Shown: positions 38,431 through 50,297 of the stretch, in pieces | Position numbering within the stretch: the stretch's first letter is position 1 | Layout: every line of letters begins with the position of its first letter | The notes under the pieces: model-generated | Databases searched by the model: none | The model's input: only the letters and a program-made list of their open reading frames with translations | What the model was told of the DNA's origin: nothing | Assembly: GCF_044704955.1 (NCBI RefSeq) | Contig: NC_091979.1 | Coordinates: 48,236,001-48,300,000 of the forward strand | Length of the DNA: 64,000 nucleotides | Origin: Pristiophorus japonicus | Lineage: Eukaryota | Direction of reading: 5' to 3' | Made by a program: the position numbers and the translations under genes

Positions 38431-38934
38431 CATCGAGCTCAAAATTGGCCAGGAGTTGCTCCGTTTTTTTTGGAGCAACTTGATTTTTCTGGAGTATCTT
38501 AATAACCCCCATTTTGCACCAGTTAGTTAGTGAGTTAGTTGGGATTTTTTTAGTTTAGTTTTTTTTTCAAAAGGGGGCGTTACCAGCCACCCACGCCTGT
38601 TTTGGCCATTTAGGCCACTTTGGCCAGTTAACAGTTACTCCAAACTAACTTGTGGCCGCTTGTGAAAACCGGTGGGGAGAGATAAGAAATCAGAGCAGGT
38701 AGGTACATCGGAGGCCAGCAAAACTTAATGACTCGATTAAAGAATGTGAATAGGATCAAACAGCTATACAGAACATCATATGATAAACTTCGCAAAGTTA
38801 ATTTACTATACAACAGAAGCATTCATGGAAGCTTAAACGACAAAAATAAAAGAAATAAAGAGACAAAACATACTTACATAATTTTTTTCAAAATATCCAA
38901 GTAAGTCCTACCCTACCTTCATCTTCAGCCCAGG

Positions 38935-39530
38935 AACATTACAGATTACTATAAACACTGACAGCAGCCAGTAACAATCAATCAAACCAAATGAAGATCC
39001 AGAATGGGGATTGCTTCTGAATGTATCCTTCCAGCGACGCAGCAAGTCCAGATTCCAGTCCCGGCGACCTTCACTTCGGGACCAGCCTCAGGCCTGCACT
39101 GATGAGTTCGAGGATGATTCTCCTTTTTCAGCAGGGTTTGCTGGGCTGTAACCAGATTTCTTCTCTCCTCCTCTCTTCTTCCACATAACGCCACCGATGA
39201 CCAGAGCAATCAGGGTGACGGCAGCAATCACAATTCCAACAATCAAACTGAGATTTGTTCCCTTTGGGGATCCTGGAGTCACTCAGAATGTCCCGTCCAA
39301 GTCTCAGTTCTTCACTCCTGTGTTGCCACTCTGCTCATACTGACAGGAATAGGTGGCTCCATGCTCGGACTCAATCTCAGCCCATCTTGTCAGCTGGTAG
39401 GTTCCGTCCTGGTTGGGCAGAATGCCACTGGATTCCGTGTCCGTGATCGGCTCGCGATTTCTCAGGAGGGTGATTTCGATATCACGAGGGTAAAAACCCG
39501 TGACTAGAGACAAGAGAGTTGGGTCAATTT
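38935..39530 (-). pseudogene. Intronless MHC class I heavy-chain fragment: alpha3 (Ig C1), TM, cytoplasmic tail, 3'UTR
   Basis: KLTQLSCL[+2 nt]VTGFYPRDIEITLLRN...GILPNQDGTYQL...YSCQY, then in the same frame after two TGA stops LIVGIVIAAVTLIALVIGGVMWKKR...GYSPANPAEKGESSSNSSVQA*. No introns between domains. Confidence 0.9.
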
Positions 39531-39584
39531 GGCCACTTGGCCTGGGATAGGGGCGGGACGCACACAGAGATGCTGAGGGCGAGG

Positions 39585-39675
39585 AGCTACTGCGCATGCG
39601 CGCACACTCCAACGTGCATGTGCAGACATCCTGGCACTGTTTTCAGCTCCGGACGCTGGCTCCGCCCCCGACTCG
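39585..39675 (-). promoter_or_regulatory. MITE internal promoter-like motifs (GC box, NRF1-like)
   Basis: GGGGCGGAGCC and GCGCATGCGCA on the minus strand. The GC box and degenerate NRF1-like motif recur at 62241-62330 and upstream of the Myb gene in element #2. Confidence 0.55.
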
Positions 39676-39794
39676 ACTGGCCACGCTGCGCGAAGACCCG
39701 GGACTAATTTTTTCGGCGCACTTAGAAACGAAGAAAAGCTGCGCAACTCGGGTGAGTGCGCCAAAAATCGGCATGGCCCAATTTTGAGCCCATT

Positions 39795-41275
39795 GAGTCT
39801 ACAGCACAGAAATAGGCTATTCATCCCAACTAGCTCAAGCTCCACATGAGCCTCCTCCCACCCCTCATCATCTAACCCTCTCAGCATGCTCTTCTATTCT
39901 GTTCTCCCTCATGTGCTTATCTAGCTTTCCCTTAAATGCATCTATGCTATTTGCCTCAACGTTTTAAAATTAATTCATTGGATGTGGGCGTCACTGGCAA
40001 AGCCAGCATTTATTGCCCGCCCCTAAATGCCCTTCAGAAGATGGTGGTGAGCTGCCTTCTTGAACCACTGCAGCCCGTGTGGTGAAGGTACTCCCATAGT
40101 GCTGTTAGGGAGGGAGTTCCAGAATTTTAACTCAGTGACGATGAAGGAATGGCAATATATTTCCAAGTCAGGAAGGTGTGTGACTTGTGACTTGAGGAGG
40201 TGTTCCATGCGCCTGCTGCTCTTGTCCTTCTAGATGGTAGAGGTCGCAGGTTTGGGAGGTGCTGCCGAAAAGGCCTTAGTAAGTTGCTACAGTGTATTTT
40301 GCAGATGGTACTCCTTGTGGTAGCGCAAACCATTCTTTGGATAAAGAAGTTTCTTCTGAATTCCTTTTAGATTTATTAATGCCTGTCTTATAATCATGAC
40401 CCTTAGTTTGGGCATGGAAATAGCTTCTCTATGTTTTTCCTGTCATGCCTGTTCATCATTTTAAAGATCTCTTTCAGATCACCTCTCAGCCTTTTTGTTT
40501 CTAAAGAAAAGAGCCCCAACCTGTTCAGTCTTTCATGATAGTTATAACCTCCCAGTTCTGGTATCATCCTTGTGAATCTTATTTGCACCTTCTCCAATGC
40601 CTATATCTCATTTTTATAATTATGGAGACAGGAACTGTGCACAGTACTCTGTGTGATCTAACCAAGGTTCTATACAAGTTTAACATGGCTTCCCTGCTTT
40701 TTAATTCTATCCCTCTATAAATAACCCCTAGTGCTTAGTTTTTATTTTATGGTCTTATTACCTGCATCGCTACTTTTAGTGATTTGAATATCTGCCCCCC
40801 CAGATCCCTTTGCTCTTCTACCCCATTAGACTCTTGTTATCCAAGCAGTATATGGCCTCCTTATACTTCCTTCCAAAATGCGCCACTGCACACTTATCTG
40901 TATTGAAATTCATTTGCCAATTAAACGGCAATTTTGCAAGTTTATTAACGTCTTCTTGTATTTTGTCACATTCTTCCTTTGCATTAACTATGCTTCCAAT
41001 TTGGCATTGTCGACAAATTTTGAATTTGTACTTCCGATTTCCGAGTCCAAATCGTTAATGTAAATTGTGAACAACATTGGTCCCGGCAGCAATCCCTGTG
41101 GAACACCACTTCCCAAGTTTTGCCAATCTGAGCTTCTGCCCCTTCTACTTTTACTCTCTGTTTTCTGTTTTGTAGCCAGCTAGCTATCCATTCTGCTACT
41201 TGTCCCTTGACACCACATGCTGTGACCTTCATCATGAGTCTACTATGCAGTACCTTCTCAATGGCCTTTTGACTT
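39795..41275 (-). mobile_element. Old CR1 (-) with an inserted 3' end of the second LINE family (~39965-40325)
   Basis: CR1 RT and 3' motifs (LNRLGLFSLETKRLRGDL). The insert carries the RQHLPNLRPLPSRR tail region. Confidence 0.75.
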
Positions 41276-41989
41276 TTCTCGAGTAGATCTGAAGTAAGCT
41301 CATCTTGCTTACAAGTGGTACAACAATTCAAACATAGATTTCAAGTGAATTCTGCCACCAGATTCAACACTGAAAATTAGCCAATCTGCCTGCTAGGAAT
41401 TCACAGGGTGGGTGCTTCCAGTTTGTAATGCTCAGCCGTTGAACCAAAGGCCAGCCCTCATTCTTCTCCCAAAGATCATCAACCGAAAACATATCCTCCA
41501 GCCTCTCTTTCCACGGCCGCATCTTCAGCAACCGTATCTACCAAGATGCAAACACAAGTCGGTCCTCAGAACAAAGCAGTGACTACTGCCCCAGCAAAAC
41601 CAATATGAGCAAGGAGGGCCCCACATGCTTATTACTACTTAAGATAGCTTACCTACCTACCTATTCTTCCAATGATATGCATCCTTTATGCTGTGTAGAA
41701 GTAAAGCTTGACTTTATCTGTTCAGAGAACCACTTGCATGGTCATTTGCACAGCAGCTTCAATGAATGAGAAGTTTCATGAGTTGGGGTCAGACATTCAA
41801 CAAGAATGGTGCAGCGGAACAAGTTACGGGAGGTGACTGAAGGAGCGGACAAAGACAGTTTTTGAGAAGGTTGGTGAAGAAGGAGAGATGCAGTTAGGTA
41901 GAGGGATTTAGAAACAGACTTCCAGAATGCAGAGGTCTGATAGCTGAAGGCTCTGCCTATGGTGGCAGTGTACCTCAGGGTAGGCTGAG

Positions 41990-43445
41990 AGGAGGAACAA
42001 ATGTGCATTGGCCAGCACCGTAACAACACAAATTGTGGCTGGAGACATCGAGCTGGATGACATTGCAATGACCATATATTGTTGAAGATCTGTGCACCAA
42101 AGCGAGCCACTTGCCGAGCCAAGCTGTTCCACTGCAGCTATGACACTGGTATTTAGCAAACAATGTGGAAGATTGCTCAGGTGTGTCCTATCCACTAAAA
42201 ACAGGATAAATCTAACTCGGACAATTACCACCCTATAAGCCTTCTCCCACTCATTAGCAAAGTGATATAAGGAGCTAAGTTCCTGTTAAGCTGCACAGCC
42301 GCGCTGCTCTCTAAAGATCCTGTGCAGCTGGCTCACCGGCTTTTAAACAGAAAAACTGCACATCCGTGGAAATTTCAATGGGCCACGCAGCCCGTTAACA
42401 GGGCCGTGCACCCAAATAAAATTAAAGGTAACATTGGTAAGAAGTCATCAATAGTGTCATCAAGTAACAAATAATTATCAATAACCTGCTCACCAACACT
42501 CCGGTCGGGTTCCGTCAGAATCACTCAGCTCCTGGCTCATCACAAAATTGATCCAGACATGGAAGCAAGAGCTGAATTCTAGAGAAGGGAGTGTAGTACC
42601 CTTGACATCAGGGCAGCATTTACGTGAGTATGACTGCAAGGAGCCCAAGCAAAATTAAGATAAATGGGGTTAAATGGAAAACCGTATTGTGGCTGGAATC
42701 ACACCTGACACAAGGGTATATGGCTGAGAGTGTCAGTGGCCAATCATTGCAGCCCTAGAACCTTGCTCCTGGAGCTCCTCAGGGAACCATCTTCAGCTGC
42801 TTCATCATTGATCTTTCCGCCAAGATCAGGAGTGGGTGGTTTGCTGGCAATTCCACGGTGTTTCAACTCCTCCATTAATGCAGCAGCCCATGCCAGCCTA
42901 TAGTAGGATCTGGACAACATAGGCAGTGGCACATAATATTCATGCCACACAAGTGCCAGGTAACGATCACCTTGAACAAGAGAAATCCCAGCCATCTCTC
43001 CCAACCTTCAATGGCACCAAATAACATTGCCAAGTCACCCGGCATCAAAATGCTAGGGTCACCATCAAACAGATGAGTAACTGCACAAGCCAGGTCAAAA
43101 CTGTGGCTACAACAGCAGGGTAGGGACTACATAGTTATGTCCTGACCCCTCAAAGCCTGCCCACCATCTAAAAGGCTCATGACATGAGTATGATGAATAC
43201 TCACTCAGATCAGGTATTGCCAGAACCACTCAGCCCCAGTCCTCATCACGGCACTGATCTAGGTAGCCAAAACATACCAGAAACGTGGCAATATCCAGAG
43301 CAGTTCACTTGACTGGCACCCCTGCCACTAGATTCAATATCCACAGCCTCCATTAATAACACGCTGAGGCTGCAGGATGTCCAATTTACAGGATGCATCG
43401 CACCAAGGGTAGTTTGACTGCACCTCCCTCCCCTGGATCTCTACC
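41990..43445 (+). mobile_element. Decayed LINE RT fragment of the second family, with a ~160-bp insert at ~42272-42437
   Basis: NYHPISLLPLISKVI-like RT motif. 3' part matches the family tail at 40230-40320. Confidence 0.6.
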
Positions 43446-43781
43446 ATCATCATCATCACAAGCAATCCATCGAAATCGAGGAAAACTTGCTTCCACTCTA
43501 AAAGTGAGTTCTCAGGTGACTGAATAGTCCAATATGAGAATTACAGTCTCTGTCACAGTCTCTGGGACAGACAGTCGTTGGAGGAAAGGGTGAGTGGGGA
43601 GTCTGGTTTGCTGCACACTCCTTCCGCTTGGTTTCTGCATGCTCTCGGCGACGAGACTCGAGGTGCTCAGTGCCCTCCCGGATGCTCTTCTTCCACTTAG
43701 GGCGGTCTTTGGCCAGGGGCTCCCAGGTGTCGATGGGGATGTTGCACTTTATCAACGAGGCTTTGAGGGTGTCCTTGACAT
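43446..43781 (-). mobile_element. RTE-clade LINE 3' end
   Basis: KDTLKASL..WEPLAKDRPKW..C.DC...HIGLFSHLRTH and a (GAT)n tail. Confidence 0.85.
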
Positions 43782-43883
43782 TAAGAAGGATATTAAGAAG
43801 GACAAGAGCAGAAATGTTGTAGGAACACCATCGCCTCCAACTTTCCCTCCAAGCGACACAATGTCTTGACTTGTACATATAAT

Positions 43884-46165
43884 GGGGTCAAGTTTCTGCC
43901 TGAGTTGCTTCTATTTTTTTGGAGCAACTAATTTAGAATGGAGTATCTTAGAAATTGCAATTCTCGGCCTTTAGTTTGCTCCAGTTCTAGTGAATTAGAA
44001 CAGTTTCATTTTAGAACAGATTTTTTTTTCAAAAGGGGGCATGTCCGGCCACTAACGCCTGTTTTGTAAGTTTAGGCTGCGAAAACTTACTCCAAACTAA
44101 CTTAGAATGGAGTAAGTGCGGATTTCTGTACGCTCAGAAAAACCTTGCCGACACTTAGAAATCAGGCATATGGAACGAAAGATGGTGGGGGGGGGGGGGG
44201 GAGGAGGTTTACAAACATTAAACACTTCACTTTTACAAATAAAGAGCCATCATCAATATTAAATGATAAATAAACCAATAAATAAACCAAATCAATCCAA
44301 ATAAATTAAAAAATTAAAAGTTATAAAAAAATTAAAAATCATTCAATAAATAAAAAATTATTTCTACTCACCTTCTGCAGCACCAGGGAGAAGGGGGGAA
44401 GAGAAGAAGATAGGGGGGAGAAGGGAGGAAGATGGGGGGAGAAGGGAGGAAGATGGGGGGGAAAGAGAGGAAGATGGGGGGGAGAAGGGAGGAAGATGGG
44501 GAGAAAGAGAGGAAGATGGTTGGGCGAAGGGAGGAAGATGGGGGGGAAAGAGAGGAAGATGGGGGAGAAGAGAGGAAGATAGGGGGGGGAAGAGAGGAAA
44601 ATGGGGGGAGAAGAGAGGAAGATGGTTGGGAGAAGGGAGGAAGATGGGGGGGAAAGAGAGGAAGATGGGGGAGAAGAGAGGAAGATAGGGGGGGAAGAGA
44701 GGAAGATGGTTGGGAGAAGGGAGGAAGATGGGGGGGAAAGAGAGGAAGATGGGGAGAAGAGAGGAAGATAGGGGGGGGAAGAGAGGAAGATGGGGGGAGA
44801 AGAGAGGAAGATGGGGGGAAGAGAGGAAGATGGGGGGAGAAGAGAGGAAGATGGGGGGAAAGAGAGGAAGATGGTTGGGAGAAGGGAGGAAGATGGGGGG
44901 AAGAGAGGAAGATGGGGGGGAAGAGAGGAAGATGGGGGGGAAGAGAGGAAGATAGGGGGGGAAGAGAGGAAGATGGTTGGGAGAAGGGAGGAAGATGGGG
45001 AGAAAGAGAGGAAGATGGGGGGGAAGAGAGGAAGATGGGGGGGAAGAGAGGAAGATGGGGGGGAAGAGAGGAAGATAGGGGGGGAAGAGAGGAAGATGGT
45101 TGGGAGAAGGGAGGAAGATGGGGAGAAAGAGAGGAAGATGGGGGGGAAGAGAGGAAGATGGGGGGGAAGAGAGGAAGATGGTTGGGAGAAGGGAGGAAGA
45201 TGGGGAGAAAGAGAGGAAGATGGGGGGGAAGAGAGGAAGATGGGGGGAAGAGAGGAAGATGGGGAGAAAGAGAGGAAGATAGGGGGGAGAAGAGAGGAAG
45301 ATGGGGGGAAGAGAGGAAGATGGGGGGGAAGAGAGGAAGATGGGGGGGAAGAGGGGAAGATGGGGGGGAAGAGAGGAAGATGGGGGGGGAAGAGAGGAAG
45401 ATGGGGGGGAAGAGAGGAAGATGGTTGGGAGAAGGGAGGAAGATGGGGAGAAAGAGAGGAAGATGGGGGGGAAGAGAGGAAGATGGGGGGAAAGAGAGGA
45501 AGATAGGGGGGAGAAGAGAGGAAGATGGGGGGAAGAGAGGAAGATGGGGGGGAAGAGAGGAAGATGGGGGGGGAAGAGAGGAAGATGGGGGGGAAGAGAG
45601 GAAGATGGGGAGAAAGAGAGGAAGATAGGGGGGAGAAGAGAGGAAGATGGGGGGAAGAGAGGAAGATGGGGGGAAGAGAGGAAGATGGGGGGGAAGAGAG
45701 GAAGATGGGGGGGAAGAGAGGAAGATGGGGGGGAAGAGAGGAAGATGGGGGGGGAAGAGAGGAAGATGGGGGGGGAAGAGAGGAAGATGGTTGGGAGAAG
45801 GGAGGAAGATGGGGAGAAAGAGAGGAAGATGGGGGGGAAGAGAGGAAGATGGGGGGAAAGAGAGGAAGATAGGGGGGAGAAGAGAGGAAGATAGGGGGGA
45901 GAAGAGAGGAAGATAGGGGGGAGAAGAGAGGAAGATTGGGGGGAAGAGAGGAAGATGGGGGGGAAGAGAGGAAGATGGGGGGAAGAGAGGAAGATGGGGG
46001 GGAAGAGAGGAAGATGGGGGGGAAGAGAGGAAGATGGGGGGAAGAGAGGAAGATGGGGGGGAAGAGAGGAAGATAGGGGGGAGAAGAGAGGAAGATGGGG
46101 GTGGGGGGGAAGAGAGAAGACGACGAAGGAGAAGCCCCGCACGCAGCCGATGCCGGGCTGCCGAC
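43884..46165 (-). mobile_element. Harbinger MITE lacking its promoter end, with minisatellite cargo
   Basis: TIR GGGGTCAAGTTTC at 43884. Arm homologous to 27270-27718 (reverse complement). Donor AAG|GTGAGT at 44371. Confidence 0.82.
44388..46115. repeat. Polypurine minisatellite, ~19-21-bp unit (GGGGGGAAGAGAGGAAGAT variants)
   Basis: Direct inspection: ~1.7 kb with higher-order blocks of variant units. Confidence 0.97.
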
Positions 46166-46485
46166 ATCTCATACGTCAGTCCTGCCATCCCGGAAATCAG
46201 TCTGGTGAACCTTCGCTGCACTCCCTCAATAGCAAGAACGTCCTTCCTCGGATTAGGACACCAAAACTGAACACAATATTCCAGGTGAGGCCTCACCAAG
46301 GCCCTGTACAACTGCAGTAAGACCTCCTTGCTCTTATACTCAAATCCCCTAGCTATGAAGGCTAACATACTATTTATCTTCTTCACCGCCTGCTGTACCT
46401 GCATGCCAACTTTCAATGACTGATGTACCATGACACCCAGGTCTCGCTGCACCTCCCCTTTTCCTAATCTGCCGCCATTCAGATT
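46166..46485 (-). mobile_element. Internal CR1 fragment without a tail
   Basis: LNGGRLGKGEVQRDLG...LTYE, abutting the MITE. Confidence 0.9.
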
Positions 46486-47411
46486 AGGATAACACACCAC
46501 AAACATTATTTCTTCTACAAAGTACAGCCAGTTGAGACGCAAGTTGTCAGAATTCTCAGGCTGTTTTGGTTCCCATTTACAAGCAAATCACTGGCTTCTG
46601 ATGGGACTCACATCTGTTGCACTGCAGGAAACAAAACACAGTACAAACAATTTGCAGAATTCTCAGGGCCAAAATTAATAGTTCCAGAATATGCCCTTTG
46701 GGCAAGTGTTCATTAAGTGCTACATACCTGAATGTTTGTCTTATTGTCTGGCTTATTCCCTGAATCAATAGTGAATAAGCACTGTTGTCAATTTTTACCT
46801 TTTCTCATTTATGGAATCCTACCATTCAGATTCATGTTACACACCATTTAGATGGTGCATGTGCATGTACAGATAATGATACTTGGATTTAATTATTGGA
46901 GGAAAAATAAGAATATATTTACTCTATTTTCCCATCAAAATTTTTTTTTAAACATATTTTAATGAATGCGGTTGTCAGGGGAAGGTCGGCACAGTGCAAT
47001 GGGCAATCTTCCACTTTTGGTACCAATGTCAACATCCAACAATCCCAAGTCAGTCAAAGCAGAGCTGGATACAAAACATAGATCTACACCAACATTATGC
47101 CTAAACCTCATCTTGAGTAAACCACGTCTGATTACATCAGTGTGACTTTTTCTCAATTTTCTACACCAACTAATCCTTACTGTCTTTCTGTGAGATTGTT
47201 CATTTGTACTGTAGGACTGCATGCAGTAGGAATTGAGTTACGACTGTCCAAACTCATTCTGTAAATGGAAGAAGCAGCTCTCATTCATCTGTACTGGATT
47301 CAAACCCAGGTCCCAAATGTCCCTCAGAGTCCCTTTCAAATTCACTTGAGCCAAATACTAAAACTGTTTTCATGCTGTATTTTTAAACAGCTGGTATAAT
47401 ATAGTAGTAAG

Positions 47412-47856
47412 GCATCATAGGCGGTCCCTAGAACGAGGATGACTTGCTTCCACACCAAAAGGGATGAGTTCACAGATATTTCAATGAAGGGCTTAATATT
47501 CCAGTCCTGAACTCCAATTGAAGGGGTGGAAGATGTCTGTGCGTGGATTTTTTTAATGTGTGGTGACCGTTGCACATCAGCCAAAACACAAGCTTGTCAG
47601 AGATAGGTCTTTATCCAGTGGCAAAGGTTAACCAGGACGACTGGAGACCTGCTCTGCTGAACAGACCTAGTGCGCACACATATTGCAGCGTGGGCTGACC
47701 CATGCTGCCCCTGGGCCCTCGGCTCTTCTGACCCCCTTACACACATTTGCCGCACATCCGCCACGATCTCTCACTGCTCCTCCGCCACAAACATTCGCCA
47801 CATCTCCGCCATGATCTCTCGCCGCTCCTCCGCCACAAAACATTTGCTGCACCTCG
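47412..47856 (-). mobile_element. SINE-like element with an RTE tail (second copy)
   Basis: Matches 13495-13862. 5' region has ~45-bp tandem repeats. Tail GGAAGCAAGTCATCCTCG...GCCTATGATG. Confidence 0.78.
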
Positions 47857-47947
47857 GCCACGTGAATGTTTTGTGTAGTTACCAATAAATCCAATAGGGA
47901 ATTCAGGAGGGATACACTCATCAATTGCATATGTGGCCCTTACTGAT

Positions 47948-50297
47948 CAGCCTCGACTCACTGGTAGCACTCTTATCTCTCAGTCAGAAGAAACTGACTG
48001 CAAAAGCTTCTATAGATATGTGAAGAGAAAAAAATTTGTGAAAACAAACATAGGTCCCTTGCAGTCAGATTCAGGTGATTTTATAATGGGGAACAAAGAA
48101 ATGGCGGACCAGTTAAACAAATATTTTCACGAAGGAAGACACAAATAACCTTCCAGAAATACTAGGGGACCGAGGGTCTAGTGAGAAGGAGGAACTGAAG
48201 GAAATCCTTATTATGCGGGAAATTGTGTTGGGAAATTGATGGGATTGAAGGCCGATAAATCCCCTGGGCCTGATAGTCTGCATCCCAGAGTACTTAAGGA
48301 AGTACCCCGAGAAATAGTGGATGCATTGGTGATCATTTTCCAACAATCTATCGATTCTGGATCAGTTCCTATGGACTGCAGGGTAGCTAATGTAACACCA
48401 CTTTTTAAGAAAGGAGGGAGAGAGAAAACGGGTAATCATAGACCTGACATCAGTCGTGAGGAAAATGTTGGAATCAATTATTAAAGATGTAATAGCAGTG
48501 CATTTGGAAAGCAGTGACGGGATCGGCCCAAGTCAGCAAGGATTTAAGAAAGGGAAATCCTGCTTGACAAATCTTCTGGAATTTTTTGAGGATGTAACTG
48601 GTAGAGTAAACAAGGGAGAACCAATGGATGTGGTGTATTTGGACTTTCAAAATGCTTTTGAAAAGGTCCCACACAAGAGATTAGTGTGCAAAATTAAAGC
48701 ACATGGAATTGGGGGTAATGTACTGACGTGGATAGAGAACTGGTTGGCAGACAAGAAGCAGAGAGTCGGGATAAACGGGTTCTTTTCAGAATGGCAGGCA
48801 GTAACTAGTGGGGTGCCGCAGGGCTCAGTGCTGGGACCCCAGCTATTTACAATATACATTAATGATTTGGATGAGGGAATTGAGTGTAATATCTCCAAGT
48901 TTGCAGATGACACTAAGTTGGGTGGCGGTGTGAGCTGTGAGGAGGACGCTAAAAGGCTGCAGGGTGACTTGGACAGGTTAAGTGAGTGGGCAAACACGTG
49001 GCAGATGCAGTATAATGTGGATAAATGTGAGATTATCCACTTTGGTGGCAAAAACACGAAGGCAGAGTATTATCTGAATGGCGGCAGATTAGGAAAAGGG
49101 GAAGTGCAACGAGACCTGGGTGTCATGGTACATCAGTCATTGAAAGTTGGCATGCAGGTACAGCAGGCGGTAAAGGCGGCAAATGGTATGTTGGCCTTCA
49201 TAGCTAGGGGATTTGAGTATAGGAGCAGGAAGGTCTTACTGCAGTTGTATAGGGCCTTAGTGAGGCCTCACCTGGAATATTGTGTTCAGTTTTGGTGTCC
49301 TAATCTGAGGAAGGACGTTCTTGCTATTGAGGGAGTGCAGCAAAGGTTCACCAGACTGATTCCCGGGATGGCAGGACTGACATATGAGGAGAGACTGGAT
49401 CGACTGGGCCTGTATCCACTGGAGTTTAGAAGGATGAGAGCGGATCTCATAGAAACATATAAAATTCTGACGGGATTGGACAGGTTAGATGCAGGAAGAA
49501 TGTTCCCGATGTTGGGGAAGTCCAGAACCAGGGGACATAGTCTAAGGATAAGGGGTAAGACATTTAGGACTGAGATGAGGAGAAACTTCTTCACTCAGAG
49601 AGTTGTTAACCTGTGGAATTCCCTACCGCAGAGAGTTGTTGATGCCAGTTCATTGGATATATTGAAGAGGGAGTTAGATATGGCCCTTACGGCTAAAGAG
49701 ATCAAGGGGTATTGAGATAAAGCAGGAACGGGGTACTGAGGTGAATGATCAGCCATGATCTTACTGAATGGTGGTGCAGGCACGAAGGGCCGAATGGCCT
49801 ACTCCTGCACCTATTTTCTATGTTTCTATGTCATAGATTCAAGCCCCACTCCAGGACTTGAGCACATAATCTATCTTTTTGTTTCAGACATTAAAGAAAA
49901 ACTTGGATTTATATAGCACCTTTCACGACCACCGGATGTCTCAAAGCGCTTTACAGCCATTTAAGTACTTTTGGCGTGTAGTCATTGTTATAATAGGAAA
50001 TATAGGAATTAAATCAAGGCCCCATCTCCCCTCTCAGGTGAGCATAGAAGCACTATTTGAAAAACAGCAAAGGGTTTCTCCCAATATCCTGGCCAACATT
50101 TATCCTTCAACCAACACCAGTAAAACAGTCTACCCAATCACTTAGCTCATTACAGCTTGTGGGTGCTTGCTGTGCAAAAATTGGCTGCCACATTTGCCGA
50201 CATTACAACAGTGACTGCACTTCAAAAGTACTCTACTTCATTTTATGACATCCTGCAGATATGAAAGATGTTATATCAATGCAAGTTCTTTCTTTCT
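47948..50297 (+). mobile_element. Deu-SINE split between its A and B boxes by a CR1
   Basis: Head at 47948-47990. Resumes GATTCAAGCCCCACTCCAG at ~49836. Body runs to ~50297. Confidence 0.6.
47991..49830 (+). mobile_element. CR1, 5'-truncated; 419-aa RT/C-terminal ORF
   Basis: ORF 48456-49715 and the TTCTATGT tail. Confidence 0.94.

Larger units (their letters stand above)
38435..39791 (-). mobile_element. Harbinger MITE carrying MHC class I cargo (Pack-Harbinger)
   Basis: TIRs GAGCTCAAAATTGG / CCAATTTTGAGCCC. TSD ATC/ATT. Both arms are homologous to the arms of 62092-63495 and 23427-27718. Confidence 0.88.

Noticed and set aside
38935-39530. Functional MHC class I gene or MHC locus
   Set aside because: No leader, alpha1 or alpha2, a frameshift and two stops, and enclosed in a MITE; says nothing about MHC linkage of this window.
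41436-41608. Short Pro/Ser/Thr-rich open stretch (VEPKASPHSS...KPI*) after an AG
   Set aside because: No recognisable homology and a weak acceptor; cannot be supported as an exon.
44364-46542. 602-aa, 724-aa and overlapping long ORFs
   Set aside because: By-products of a stop-poor minisatellite open in several frames on both strands; not genes.
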